Virus record (IMG/VR): IMGVR_UViG_2561511114_000002
Span: 1-64,000 of that record
Length of the DNA: 64,000 bases
DNA from: a virus
Lineage: Duplodnaviria > Caudoviricetes
Reading direction: 5' to 3' (one strand)
The notes below the pieces were generated by a model that worked only from the letters and a program-made list of their open reading frames with translations, was not told where the DNA came from and did no database searches. Both the position numbers and the translations under genes were made by a program. Each line of letters starts with the position of its first letter. Positions within the stretch are counted from its first letter, which is position 1. Positions 39,792 to 49,881 of the stretch are shown here, one piece after another.

Positions 39792-42700
39792 ATGGCCCGG
39801 CGAATTGCGGTGCAGTTCATCGCCGAATTGACGCGATTCGGTCAGCAGATGCGCGGCGGCGCCGACGAGGTACGCAAGGTCCGGCAGGAAGCGGTGGCCG
39901 CCCAGCGGGAGGTGACCGGGCTCGGCGCCGCCGGTGACACGGCGGGCCGGCAGCTCGCCGACGGGCTGGTGCGTGGCCTCGACGGCAGGATCCGCGACGC
40001 CCGCGGCCGGTTCGTAGGGGCCGGTACGCGGGCGGGCCGCGATTTCGGGGACGGTTTCGAGCGTGGCGCCCGCTCCGGTATCGGCCGGGTTGCGGGCATG
40101 CTCGCCGGTGCGGCGCTGTACGCCCGCGGTTCGGCTGGCCGGGGACAGTTGGTCGGCCTGGCGGCGATCCCCGCGACGGCCGCGGCTGCGGCAGCGTCGT
40201 TGCAGGTGCTGCCGCCGCTGCTCGCTGCTGTCGGCGGTGGTCTGGGCGCGATCCCCGGGTTGGCGGCTGGTGCGGCTGGGTCGATCGGCACCGTCAAGCT
40301 GGCCACCGCCGGACTCGGTGACGCCATCGAGGAGGTGTTCGCCGACGACCGCGACCCCTACCTGCGGCTGTCGCGCAACGGGCAGCGGTTCGTGTCCGCG
40401 CTGGGCGCGCAGAAGCAGGCGCTTCTGGGTCTGCGGTCGGTGGCTCAGGACCGCGTCTTTAGGGGCCTTGACGTCGAGGTCACCGAGTTGGCGGCGGTGG
40501 CGCTACCGTTCGCCCGCACCCAGGTTAAGCGTTTTGGTGACACATGGAACACCACGTTCCGGCAGGCGGCGGCGCTCGGCCGGGACCGGCAGTTTCTGGC
40601 CGGGTTGAACAGCGCGTTTGCCTCCGCTGACGGGTTCTTCGACAAGGTGAACGCGCGTATTCCGGCGACCGGTCGGGCGCTGGGTGGCCTGTTTACCGGC
40701 AGCATCCCGTTCGTCGACCAGTTCGGCGACAGCCTGCTGGAGTATGTGGACGACTTCAACGCGTGGATCGACCGCACCAGCAGGTCCGGCCAGTTGCACA
40801 TGTTCTTCCGGGATGCCGGGCAGCAGGCCGACGCGCTGCTTGATCTGACCCGCGAAATCTTTGTCCTTGTCGGCCGGATCGGCGGTATGGGGCAAGGCTC
40901 CACTCTGCTGCGGGACATGGCCGACGCCGTGGAACGGTTCAACGCCGAGGCACACAACATGCGGTCGGTGGAAGGGATCATCCGCACCGGCAACGAGGCC
41001 ATCGCCGGCGTTGTCGATGTGCTGGTGGTGCTCGGCGAAACCCTCGGGAGCACGCTCGCCGATCCGGGCACCGCCGCGGCCGTCGCCTTGTTCTTCGACG
41101 TGCTCAAAGTGGGGGCGCAGATCGTCGGCGGGTTGGCGCAGGTGTTCGGGCTGCTGCCCGACCAGATTCAGGCCGTGGTGCTGGCCGGCGCGGCGCTGGC
41201 CATCGTCGCCGGGAAGCTGAGCAAAGCCTTCGGTAAGGCGCGCCTCGCCGTGGGTGGATTCACCGAGCGGCTGCGGCAGACCGGCCCGTCGGGTGTGCAG
41301 GCCGCGGAGGGGATCGGCAAAGCCGAGCGTGCCGTCGGCCGGCTGGTTGTCGCCATGGCGGCCTTCCAGGTCGCCTCCGCCGCCTTCGGGTCGACCCTCA
41401 ACCCGCAGGTCGATGCCCTGTCCAGCCGGCTGAAAGAGTTCGCCCGCGACGGTGAGGTGGCCGGTGAGGCGGCCCGTGTCTTCGGCGGGGACATGGACAA
41501 GCTGGAAACGGCGATCAAGGATGTCGCGGACACGGGCGCCTGGTCCGACTTCGCCCGGGGCGCCGGCGGTTTCATCGAGGGCATCACCGGGTTGGGGAAC
41601 GTCGTCGATGACAGTCTCACCAAGTCGCGGGAGCGGATCTCGGCCCTCGACTCGGCGTTGACGGACATGGTGGCCGCCGGTGGGATGGATCAGGCCCGGC
41701 AGGCTTTCGACCGGATCGCCGAGTCGGCGGCCAAGCAGGGCGTATCCACCCGCGAGTTGATGACCGTCCTGCCCGGCTACGCGGCGGCTTTGGACAAGGC
41801 GAAGGCTGCCGGGGATGGGCAGGCGCAGGCGACGGCCGCGGCGGAGCAGCGGACTCGGCTGCTGGCCGGGTCGATGCAGGACACGATCACCACGATGGGC
41901 TCGTACACGCGGGCGTGGGAGGTGCTGAACGGCGCCCAGTTGACGGCGGATGAGGCGGCTCTAGCGGCGAAGGACGCCATTGATCAGGTGACGCAGTCGT
42001 TCGCGGACAACACCGACACGGTGACCGGCAACAGCCGGGCCGCGCTGGAGAACCGGATCGCGGTTGGGCAGGCCACGCAGGCGGCTGCCGAAGCAGCGCA
42101 ACGCAAGTACGAGGAAACCGGTTCGATCATCGAAGCTACCGCGACGTACGACTCGTACATCGGCGCGTTGCGGCGCACCCTGCGGCAGACGGCCCTGACG
42201 GACGCCGAAATCGAAGGGTTGCTGGCGTCGTACGCGCAGATGCCGCCGGTCACGCAAACGCAGGTGTCGGCGCCGGGCGCGGCTGGCGCGACACAGCAGG
42301 CAACCGGTTTCTACAGCGCGCTCAAGCGGCTACCCGACGGCAAGTTGGTGCGGGTGAATGTGCGCGGTGTCGAGTCAGCCATCAGCCGAGTGGATCGGCT
42401 GCAAGCCGAGGTCAGGGCATTGACGGGCAAAACCATCCGTATCGGGGTCGTCGGCGGACGGGGCGGGCACCTCGAACAGCGGTGGGGCGGCTACCACGAG
42501 CGCGGCGGATGGACGAAGGCCGCGGTCGGCCTGCTGCGGGAGGCGGCCGTCTACCCGGCCCGCTATCCCGGCCGGTACATGATCGCCGAACCGGAAACGG
42601 GCGGTGAGGCGTTCATTCCACTGCGCGGTGACCATCGGCGCAGTGTCTCCATCGCCCAGCAGGCGATGGACCACTACGGCATGGCAGTCGTTCCGAAGTC

Positions 42701-42890
42701 GGTGGTCGCTGCCGGTTGGCGGGCGATGGCGGCAATGGCGGCGGCCACGCAGGCGGGACCGGCGTCGGGACCGGTGACCTACGACAACCGGATCAGCGTC
42801 CACCCTCAGCGCGCGGATTTCACCCTGACCGATCTGGCCGCTCTGGAGGCCCGCCGGGATGCACAAGCGCGGGTGGGAAGGCCCCGATAA
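39792..42890 (+). CDS. Tape measure protein
   Basis: 1032 aa, Ala/Gly-rich, hydrophobic segments; AEPETGGEAFIPL near the C-terminus. Confidence 0.92.
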   Translation: MARRIAVQFIAELTRFGQQMRGGADEVRKVRQEAVAAQREVTGLGAAGDTAGRQLADGLVRGLDGRIRDARGRFVGAGTRAGRDFGDGFERGARSGIGRVAGMLAGAALYARGSAGRGQLVGLAAIPATAAAAAASLQVLPPLLAAVGGGLGAIPGLAAGAAGSIGTVKLATAGLGDAIEEVFADDRDPYLRLSRNGQRFVSALGAQKQALLGLRSVAQDRVFRGLDVEVTELAAVALPFARTQVKRFGDTWNTTFRQAAALGRDRQFLAGLNSAFASADGFFDKVNARIPATGRALGGLFTGSIPFVDQFGDSLLEYVDDFNAWIDRTSRSGQLHMFFRDAGQQADALLDLTREIFVLVGRIGGMGQGSTLLRDMADAVERFNAEAHNMRSVEGIIRTGNEAIAGVVDVLVVLGETLGSTLADPGTAAAVALFFDVLKVGAQIVGGLAQVFGLLPDQIQAVVLAGAALAIVAGKLSKAFGKARLAVGGFTERLRQTGPSGVQAAEGIGKAERAVGRLVVAMAAFQVASAAFGSTLNPQVDALSSRLKEFARDGEVAGEAARVFGGDMDKLETAIKDVADTGAWSDFARGAGGFIEGITGLGNVVDDSLTKSRERISALDSALTDMVAAGGMDQARQAFDRIAESAAKQGVSTRELMTVLPGYAAALDKAKAAGDGQAQATAAAEQRTRLLAGSMQDTITTMGSYTRAWEVLNGAQLTADEAALAAKDAIDQVTQSFADNTDTVTGNSRAALENRIAVGQATQAAAEAAQRKYEETGSIIEATATYDSYIGALRRTLRQTALTDAEIEGLLASYAQMPPVTQTQVSAPGAAGATQQATGFYSALKRLPDGKLVRVNVRGVESAISRVDRLQAEVRALTGKTIRIGVVGGRGGHLEQRWGGYHERGGWTKAAVGLLREAAVYPARYPGRYMIAEPETGGEAFIPLRGDHRRSVSIAQQAMDHYGMAVVPKSVVAAGWRAMAAMAAATQAGPASGPVTYDNRISVHPQRADFTLTDLAALEARRDAQARVGRPR

Positions 42891-43819
42891 TGCCTATTTT
42901 GGTTGGCACCCTCACCGAGCCCAACCCCACCCCGCCGTCGGGCATTCCGCAGCCTGCCGACCCAGGTCGGCCGGAGGCGGTGTGGATCGCGCCGGACGGC
43001 ACCGAAATCCAGTTGACCAGTGACCGGGAGCTGCACTTCACCCTCGACTCCGTAACAGGGTGGGGCGCCGCCCCAATCAGCCTGGTCGCCGACCCGCACC
43101 CGCGTGGCGGCACCCGCGTGCGACACATCCAACCGCAGCCACGAACCATCACCTGGCCGCTGCGCATACGGGCCACCACCCACATGGAACTGGTCGCCGG
43201 CTGGCGGGACCTCGCCACCCGGTTCACCCAGACCCGCCGGCTTGGTCCCGGCCTGTTACGGATCATGCGCCCGGACGGGACTGCCCGCGAGATACTCGCC
43301 TACTACCAGGCCGGGTTTGCCGGTGAACCTGGCCAGGGGCACACGTGGGACACAGCGGTGCTGTCGCTGTACTGCGAGGATCCCTACTGGCGAGCAGTTG
43401 CCCCGGTCAGCACCCTCTACTCCAACGGCGCCACGGTGTCGTATCTGGACCCGTATCTGACAGTCAGCCCATCGAGTGTGCTCGGCGCGACGACGGCGGT
43501 TAACGCCGGTGATGTGGAGGCGTGGCCAGCGTGGACGATCGTCGGGCCCGCCTCGCAAGTGCAGGCCACCAACTCGACCACCGGTGAGGCGTTCACCTTG
43601 TCGGCGACGCTGCTCGCCGGGGAGACGGCGACAATCAGCACCGATCCGCCGACGGTGCGCGGCCCGGCCGGGCAGAACTGGACCGGAAACCTCGACTGGC
43701 CTAGTGCGGTGCTGTGGGCTTTGCAGCCCGGCCTGAACAACGTCGACTTCACGGTGTCCGGCGCGGCGGCAGGTACGCAGATCACCCTCTCCTACACCCC
43801 TCGATACGAGACGGCCTGA
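42890..43819 (+). CDS. Distal tail (Dit-like) protein
   Basis: PRTITWPL, CEDPYW, NAGDVEAWP, WALQPGLN; follows TMP. Confidence 0.85.
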   Translation: MPILVGTLTEPNPTPPSGIPQPADPGRPEAVWIAPDGTEIQLTSDRELHFTLDSVTGWGAAPISLVADPHPRGGTRVRHIQPQPRTITWPLRIRATTHMELVAGWRDLATRFTQTRRLGPGLLRIMRPDGTAREILAYYQAGFAGEPGQGHTWDTAVLSLYCEDPYWRAVAPVSTLYSNGATVSYLDPYLTVSPSSVLGATTAVNAGDVEAWPAWTIVGPASQVQATNSTTGEAFTLSATLLAGETATISTDPPTVRGPAGQNWTGNLDWPSAVLWALQPGLNNVDFTVSGAAAGTQITLSYTPRYETA

Positions 43820-43822
43820 CCG

Positions 43823-45034
43823 ATGCCTCCGATACTGTCCGCGCCCGCGCGGATCACTCTGCTGATCACCGACCGGAACCTGACCGTCCTCGGTGACCCG
43901 ATCGACGGATGGACCAACCTAGATGTAACGGTGCGGTTCAACGAGCCGGCGTCCGGGTCGTTCACCGCGCCGGCGTACCCGGCCCTGCTGCAGCAGATTC
44001 GTGGCACCGCGCTCGACGAGCTGCGGCGGGTCGTCGTCATCCGCGACGGGCAGATCTTTGCCGCCGGCCCGATCGAGCGAGAGGGCCCGGAGGTGTGGTC
44101 GGCCGACGGCGGCCAGCACAGCGACCCCGGCACGATCACCGTGTACTTCGCCGACGACCTGGCCCGACTCGCCGGCCGTCACACATACCCGGACCCCGCC
44201 GCAGCCGCTACCGGCCAGACATCGACAGCACGGTGGACGTCGACGGGCAACGCCGAGGACATCATGCGCGCCCTGGTCAACGTCAATGCTGGCCCTGGAG
44301 CTCTTACCACGCGCCGGATCCCGCAGCTGGTTCTCGGCGCCGACCAGGGCGTCGGCTCGACAATCACATTCGGTACCCGCTTCGAGGCGCTCGGCGACGC
44401 CCTGCGGTCGGCGGCGATCGCCGGTGGTGGCCTCGGCTTTCGCACCCAGCAGGTCGGCAACACGATCGAGTTTCAGGTGTACGCGCCGGTCGACCTGACC
44501 AGCGGCGCCGCAGCCGTCCGCTTCAGCCGTGGCCTGGGCAACCTGCGGTCGTACTCGTACATCCGGGAGGCACCGACGGCTACCACGGCGATCGTTGGCG
44601 GCAAGGACGTCGGCACCTCCCGGGTCATCGTCGAACGCACCGACACCACCGCAGTCACGGCGTGGGAGCGGATGGAGGTGTTCGTCGACCGGCGGCAGTC
44701 CGACGACGTCCCCGGCTCCACCGACGAGCTTGACCAGGCCGGCGACGAGGCTCTCACCCGCGCATCCGCCCGCGCCCGGCTGTCGTCGGTCACCGTCGAC
44801 ACCCCCACCCAGCGGTATGGACAGCACTACCAGCTCGGCGACCGCGTGACGATGCAGCTGCTCAGCGGTGCCGAAGTCAGCGACGTTGTCCGCGTTGTGC
44901 ACCTGCAGGCCACCCCCCAATCGGGGGAGATCGTAACCGCGCTGGTCGGGTCGCAGGAGGCGTCCAGCGACCCGGGCTGGCTACAAGCAACCCGCGACCT
45001 CGCCCGTCGCCTGGCCGGGCTGGAGACAATCTGA
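43823..45034 (+). CDS. Minor tail / hub protein (ReqiPepy6 gp37-like)
   Basis: ERMEVFVDRR, YGQHYQLGDRV; follows Dit. Confidence 0.82.
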   Translation: MPPILSAPARITLLITDRNLTVLGDPIDGWTNLDVTVRFNEPASGSFTAPAYPALLQQIRGTALDELRRVVVIRDGQIFAAGPIEREGPEVWSADGGQHSDPGTITVYFADDLARLAGRHTYPDPAAAATGQTSTARWTSTGNAEDIMRALVNVNAGPGALTTRRIPQLVLGADQGVGSTITFGTRFEALGDALRSAAIAGGGLGFRTQQVGNTIEFQVYAPVDLTSGAAAVRFSRGLGNLRSYSYIREAPTATTAIVGGKDVGTSRVIVERTDTTAVTAWERMEVFVDRRQSDDVPGSTDELDQAGDEALTRASARARLSSVTVDTPTQRYGQHYQLGDRVTMQLLSGAEVSDVVRVVHLQATPQSGEIVTALVGSQEASSDPGWLQATRDLARRLAGLETI

Positions 45035-45957
45035 TGGCAGAGACCTGGTACCCGAATCCCGGTGTCACGCAGCTGCAGCACGAGCACCTCATCGGCGTCG
45101 CCGTGCCCACCGGCGTCGTGGGACATCCGCAGGACCCGTCCCTGGTGTACGCGCCTGGCTCCGGCACCCGCGAGATCCGTTTCCGCGCCGACCGGCGGGC
45201 AGCTGTCCTCGGCTACGGCTGGGCAAACGACAACGACGAAATCGTGCGGTCCCTGGCTGACAACGCCGCCGGCGAGGTCCGGGTGGACCTAGCCGTGCTG
45301 CGCTTCGACCGTGCCGACTACTCCGTTCGCAACGCCGTCGTGTTGGGCACCCCCGGTGCCGGAGCGCCCGCACCCACCATGGACACCGGCACATCCGGCG
45401 TCTGGGAGCTACCCGTGGCGGAGGTCGACGTCAGTCCGGGCGCGACTACCATCGCCGACACCCAGGTGCGCAACCGTGCCTGGTACATCGGCCCCGACGG
45501 CGGCTACCTGTGCACGTCGTCGACCCGACCGCCCCACTCTCCCGGCCGGCGAATCTGGGAGACCGACACCGGACGGCAAATGGTGTCCGACGGCGTGAGG
45601 TGGCTCGTGGCTGCCGAGGACGCCATCTCGCAGGTGTTGCTCAGCGCAGCCAACTGGACAGCGTCCGGCCAGTTCAATCATCTGCGGCGCCGCAACGGGG
45701 CCGTCCATATGGCGTTGACTCCGCAGCGGATCGCCGGCCCCCTGCTGGCCGGGCAGACCAGCAGCCTGGGCACCATCCCGGCAGGGTTTTGGCCGACGGA
45801 GGACCGGGAGATCGTCGGTCACGTCGTGTCCTCGGGTGCGGCTGCGGTCGGCCTGATCACTACAACCGGGCTGCTCACCGTGCGGTTCTGGCGTGCCGGA
45901 ATCAACACCGGCCGATATTTGAATTTGCAGTCCGCGTCGTGGCCTGTGGCGCACTAG
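45034..45957 (+). CDS. Minor tail protein
   Basis: RVDLAVLRFD, WELPVAEV, GRRIWETDTG. Confidence 0.78.
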   Translation: MAETWYPNPGVTQLQHEHLIGVAVPTGVVGHPQDPSLVYAPGSGTREIRFRADRRAAVLGYGWANDNDEIVRSLADNAAGEVRVDLAVLRFDRADYSVRNAVVLGTPGAGAPAPTMDTGTSGVWELPVAEVDVSPGATTIADTQVRNRAWYIGPDGGYLCTSSTRPPHSPGRRIWETDTGRQMVSDGVRWLVAAEDAISQVLLSAANWTASGQFNHLRRRNGAVHMALTPQRIAGPLLAGQTSSLGTIPAGFWPTEDREIVGHVVSSGAAAVGLITTTGLLTVRFWRAGINTGRYLNLQSASWPVAH

Positions 45958-45965
45958 GAGGAGCT

Positions 45966-47732
45966 ATGTACTGGTATGGCGGCGGTCCCGCGGACTGGGC
46001 GATGGCCCTGGTCACCGTCGGCGGCACCGAGCGGATCCCGCAGATGCAGCCCGGCGCGATCATCACCTGCCACAACGATCAGGTCGCGGGCACTCAGTAC
46101 ACCGATCTGGTCCTAGCCGACGGCACCGCGGTCACCCAGATCGTCGCGTCCCCCGGCGACACTGTTTACGGTCCGGGGACACTGCCCCGATTCCGGGCGC
46201 CGGTGCTGTCCATGTGGTTCAGCATCAACGGCGGTCCCCGAATGTTCGTCGTGTCGACGGACGTACCCGACATCATGCAGCAGCTCAGCGTTGCCGCGCA
46301 GGCCGCGCAGCAGGCCGCCGAGGCCGCCGCCACCGATGCGGCAGCCGTGGCCGAAAGTTCCTCCATCGCCGGGCACCTTGCCGAGGCGGACCCGCACCCG
46401 CAGTACCTCAACGATCCACGCGGTGACCTGCGGTACGTGCGCGCCGACGCTGGCACGGTCGCTCCCCTCGATGAGCCCCGCGAGACTTTGACATTCGCTT
46501 CCACGCCCGCGGCCGAAAGCGCGAATATGAGTGAGGTCTGGATCACCCACGAGGGCGTAACCAGGCTCGCGGCGTGGGACAACGAACGCAACAACCCCAG
46601 ACGCGAGCAGCTACCCGGAGCCTCGTGGGACCACCTTTTCGGGGCAATCACGGCGTACAACGGCACCGGCCGCGCCGTCAACGTCGACATCCGGGGCTCA
46701 GACAACGTCCGGCGGCAGGCTGGCGGCATCGACGCCCTCGGCCGACCGGTCACCTCCGACCAAACGTGGACGCCCATCACGAACCTGGACCCGGACTCGA
46801 CCGGTGCGTACACGGCTAGTACCGCGATCGGGCCCGCCCCCCTGGGCGTGCGGTGGGAAACCGACGACACGGTGCGGATGCAGGGCCGTATCGACGCCAC
46901 CGCCGTCACCGCCGGCCACACCCTGGCCGTACTACCCGCCGGCTACCTGCCTCTGTCGCAGCGGCTGCTCACCCTGCCCACCACCAACGGCCAGACGGTG
47001 ACCACCGATCTGTTCACCAACGGCCGCATCGTCGCTCAGACCACCCTTGCCGGACCGGTGACCCTGGCACTCGACGACTTAACCTTCGCCCGCGTGACAG
47101 CCCCCCAACCCACGGGCAACTGGACCATAACCTCGGCGGCGATCGCCACACCCGGCACGAACAGCCCGCTCAGCCTCACCCACGCCGGCGCCACCGACCG
47201 ACTCTACGTGCTCATCCTTGCCCGTAGCTCCGCGGCGGACCCATTCACCACCGTCACCGACAACGCGTCCAACACCTGGACCCGGATCACCTACGCGCCG
47301 ACAAGCGGAACCGTCGGCCGGCGCATCGAGATGTGGACCTGCCAGCCCACCACAGTTTTCGCCAGCGTGTCCGTCGGCTTCACCGGCGCCGGCACTGCGT
47401 ATGCCAGCCTCTACGAGATCACAGGCCACCACACGACCACCCCACTCGACCAGGCCGCCAGCGACCACCGCTCATTCACGACAGCACCGGCGGCGGTCGA
47501 GATCATCCCCAGCGGCACCGGCCGTCTCGTTATCGCGGCAATCACCTCCGCCCCGAACAACCTGGCGCAGATCACCTCCTCGCCCGGGTGGACGGCACTG
47601 CCGTCCAACAACGGCGGACCTGCTGTGGTCTACCAAACAGATCCGGCCGCCAGCGCGCCGCTGGGCGTCTCCTGGACGCTGGCCACGTCGGCTGGCTCCG
47701 GCCACGCCATCGCCGCCATCGCACCTGCGTAG
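45966..47732 (+). CDS. Tail fibre / receptor-binding protein
   Basis: AGGAGG RBS; HLAEADPHPQY motif; Thr-rich beta C-terminal domains. Confidence 0.75.
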   Translation: MYWYGGGPADWAMALVTVGGTERIPQMQPGAIITCHNDQVAGTQYTDLVLADGTAVTQIVASPGDTVYGPGTLPRFRAPVLSMWFSINGGPRMFVVSTDVPDIMQQLSVAAQAAQQAAEAAATDAAAVAESSSIAGHLAEADPHPQYLNDPRGDLRYVRADAGTVAPLDEPRETLTFASTPAAESANMSEVWITHEGVTRLAAWDNERNNPRREQLPGASWDHLFGAITAYNGTGRAVNVDIRGSDNVRRQAGGIDALGRPVTSDQTWTPITNLDPDSTGAYTASTAIGPAPLGVRWETDDTVRMQGRIDATAVTAGHTLAVLPAGYLPLSQRLLTLPTTNGQTVTTDLFTNGRIVAQTTLAGPVTLALDDLTFARVTAPQPTGNWTITSAAIATPGTNSPLSLTHAGATDRLYVLILARSSAADPFTTVTDNASNTWTRITYAPTSGTVGRRIEMWTCQPTTVFASVSVGFTGAGTAYASLYEITGHHTTTPLDQAASDHRSFTTAPAAVEIIPSGTGRLVIAAITSAPNNLAQITSSPGWTALPSNNGGPAVVYQTDPAASAPLGVSWTLATSAGSGHAIAAIAPA

Positions 47733-47839
47733 CGCGCCACCGGCAGGCACGGCCACACCCGGGTTCGGGTCGACCGCCAGCCATACGGGGCCTCGTCGCG
47801 CGCTTCTCAACCACGTACGTCTGCCCTAAAGGGAGGAAC

Positions 47840-47989
47840 ATGTCCAACCCACATCCGAACCCAGACGAAAGCCCGGAGCAGCACATCGGATTCGAGATCC
47901 CGGATCCATGGGACGACCCCGCCCAGACCGACTGGCCAGCAGCGGAGGTGAACATCGATGGCGTGGACCGTGGTCCCGAATCTGGATGA
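47840..47989 (+). CDS. Small acidic protein preceding the endolysin
   Basis: GGGAGG RBS; 49 aa. Confidence 0.55.
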   Translation: MSNPHPNPDESPEQHIGFEIPDPWDDPAQTDWPAAEVNIDGVDRGPESG

Positions 47990-48776
47990 GGCCCGCGATC
48001 AGCTGAACGAGCGGTTCCCCGGCCGGGACACCAGGTCGGACGGGTCGATCGGCGACACCGCCCACCAGCGCTACCCGTCGAGTCACAACCCGGACCGCAC
48101 CGGCCGACCCGAGTACCGCGACGGCGACCAGCTCGACGAGGTGCGGGCCCGGGACTTCGACGCCGACCTGCGCGACCCGAACGGGGTCACCATGGAACAC
48201 GTCGTGCAGCTGTGGGTGACACTGGCTCGCGCCGGCGTGCTGTGGTGGGTGCGGTACATCATCTTCAACGGCCGCATCTGGCACCGCCGGCACGGCTTCG
48301 CCACGCACGCCTACACCGGGTCGAACCGGCACACCGGGCACTGCCATGTGACGTCGGAGTTCACCCAGGCCGCCGACACGGTGCGGGGGACGGACTGGCG
48401 GCTGGACACTCTGGGCGCTCCGGCACCGGTGCCGCCACGGCCGGCCCCCGGCCCAGCGGTGGCGTTCCCGCTCCCGGCCGGGCACTACTTCGGCCCACGC
48501 CGCGACGGGAACAGGTCGGTGTCGGGCCACTACCGCCGCCGCTTCCGGGGCAAGGCTGACCGACAGTGGCTCACCACCTGGACCAGGCAGCTGGTCCGCC
48601 GTGGCTGGCCGGCGGGCAAGGGCCGCAGGTATCTGCGCAAGGCCGGCTCCGACGGGCTCTACGGGCCGGAGTACCGGGAGCTGATCAAGGCGTTCCAGGC
48701 CGACCAGGGTCTCAGCAGGGATGGGCTGCTGGGCCGCAAGACGTGGGACGCCGCATACCGAAACCCAATCCGATAA
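47958..48776 (+). CDS. Endolysin (M15-like Zn peptidase + peptidoglycan-binding domain)
   Basis: SSHNP..ARDFD, YIIFNGRIW, HTGHCHV; DGLYGP..KAFQ..GL..DGLLG..TW. Confidence 0.85.
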   Translation: MAWTVVPNLDEARDQLNERFPGRDTRSDGSIGDTAHQRYPSSHNPDRTGRPEYRDGDQLDEVRARDFDADLRDPNGVTMEHVVQLWVTLARAGVLWWVRYIIFNGRIWHRRHGFATHAYTGSNRHTGHCHVTSEFTQAADTVRGTDWRLDTLGAPAPVPPRPAPGPAVAFPLPAGHYFGPRRDGNRSVSGHYRRRFRGKADRQWLTTWTRQLVRRGWPAGKGRRYLRKAGSDGLYGPEYRELIKAFQADQGLSRDGLLGRKTWDAAYRNPIR

Positions 48777-48794
48777 CCCGCTGGGAGATCCACG

Positions 48795-49088
48795 GTGGAG
48801 ACGCTGCTCTATGGGGCGGCGGCGATCGTCGCCATCGGCGCCGCCGCCCAAGTACTGCACAAGGTCGTCCTAGGTGCGCGTCGTGCGTCCCGGCTCGTTG
48901 ACGACCTGCTCGGCGAGCCACCCCGCCCCGGCCTACTCGACGGCCGCCCGGGACTCATGGCCCGGGTGGTCCGCATCGAGGGCCGCCTGGACGCCCTCGA
49001 GGAACTGCGCCCCAACGGCGGCAGCTCGATCAAGGACCAGGTGGACCGGATCGCCCACGCCACCGGCGCCGACAAGCCCGAGCGCTGA
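48795..49088 (+). CDS. Lysis-cassette membrane protein
   Basis: N-terminal TM; ELRPNGGSSIKDQVDRI motif. Confidence 0.75.
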   Translation: METLLYGAAAIVAIGAAAQVLHKVVLGARRASRLVDDLLGEPPRPGLLDGRPGLMARVVRIEGRLDALEELRPNGGSSIKDQVDRIAHATGADKPER

Positions 49089-49094
49089 CCAGTG

Positions 49095-49388
49095 CTATAG
49101 CCTCAGCCGCTCCCGCACCTCAGCAGCGTGCTGCTCGGCAACGACCATGTCCGCACCAGCCGCCTGGAGCAGCTCCACGATCGGTCGGTTGATCCCGTGT
49201 GGGTCGACCAGCGCCACCCCGGCCTGAACACCCAGCAGCACCGGATCGTCGGTGACCGCCCGCACCGCGGCGACCGCCACATCCCGGGGCACGTCCCGTC
49301 GATCGCCGGTGCCATAGCGGCGGGCCACGCCGGACAGCTCGGCCAACAGCAAGCGTTGCTGCTGCGGCAGTGACGGCACATCCACCAT
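49095..49388 (-). CDS. Hypothetical protein in reverse orientation within the lysis cassette
   Basis: 97-aa ORF exactly filling the gap between two + strand genes. Confidence 0.55.
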   Translation of the reverse strand: MVDVPSLPQQQRLLLAELSGVARRYGTGDRRDVPRDVAVAAVRAVTDDPVLLGVQAGVALVDPHGINRPIVELLQAAGADMVVAEQHAAEVRERLRL

Positions 49389-49419
49389 CCCCCGACCCTA
49401 ACCAGGAGGTTGGCCCCCG

Positions 49420-49680
49420 ATGACGCACGACTACCTGATCTCACTGATTCGCACCGCCGTCCCCGCCGCCGTCGGCGCCCTCCTCGCCTGGCTCGCCTCA
49501 CAGGCGGGGATCGTCCTCGACGGCGACTCGTCCACCGCCCTCACCGCAGGCGTGGTCGCGTTGGCGATGGCCGGCTACTACGCCCTCGTCCGGGTGGCCG
49601 AGGCACGCTGGCCGTGGCTGGGCGTCCTGCTGGGTACGCCGGCCGCACCCGCCTACGAGGCGCTGGCGCGGCGGCAGTAG
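49420..49680 (+). CDS. Holin-like membrane protein
   Basis: AGGAGG RBS; two TMs; SLIRTAVP..VG, YYALVR..E..WPWLG.LLG. Confidence 0.8.
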   Translation: MTHDYLISLIRTAVPAAVGALLAWLASQAGIVLDGDSSTALTAGVVALAMAGYYALVRVAEARWPWLGVLLGTPAAPAYEALARRQ

Positions 49681-49824
49681 TCCTGCCGGCCCAGCCACAC
49701 CCAGTGGCTCTGCTACTCCGCTGCGCAGCCGCGGAGTAGCCACCAGCCCGAAGGAGCGGCGCGCGGAATACGGGCGGCGTTGTCACCGGCATCACGCAGG
49801 GATGAAGCACGCACTCTCACGTGT

Positions 49825-49860
49825 GTCCCCCGACTCAACTGCCTGGTTGAGTCGGGGGAC
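49825..49860. terminator. Stem-loop between convergent lysis and nuclease genes
   Basis: GTCCCCCGACTCAAC / GTTGAGTCGGGGGAC, 15-bp perfect stem. Confidence 0.8.
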
Positions 49861-49881
49861 TCATGTTTGCGCGTGGCGGGC

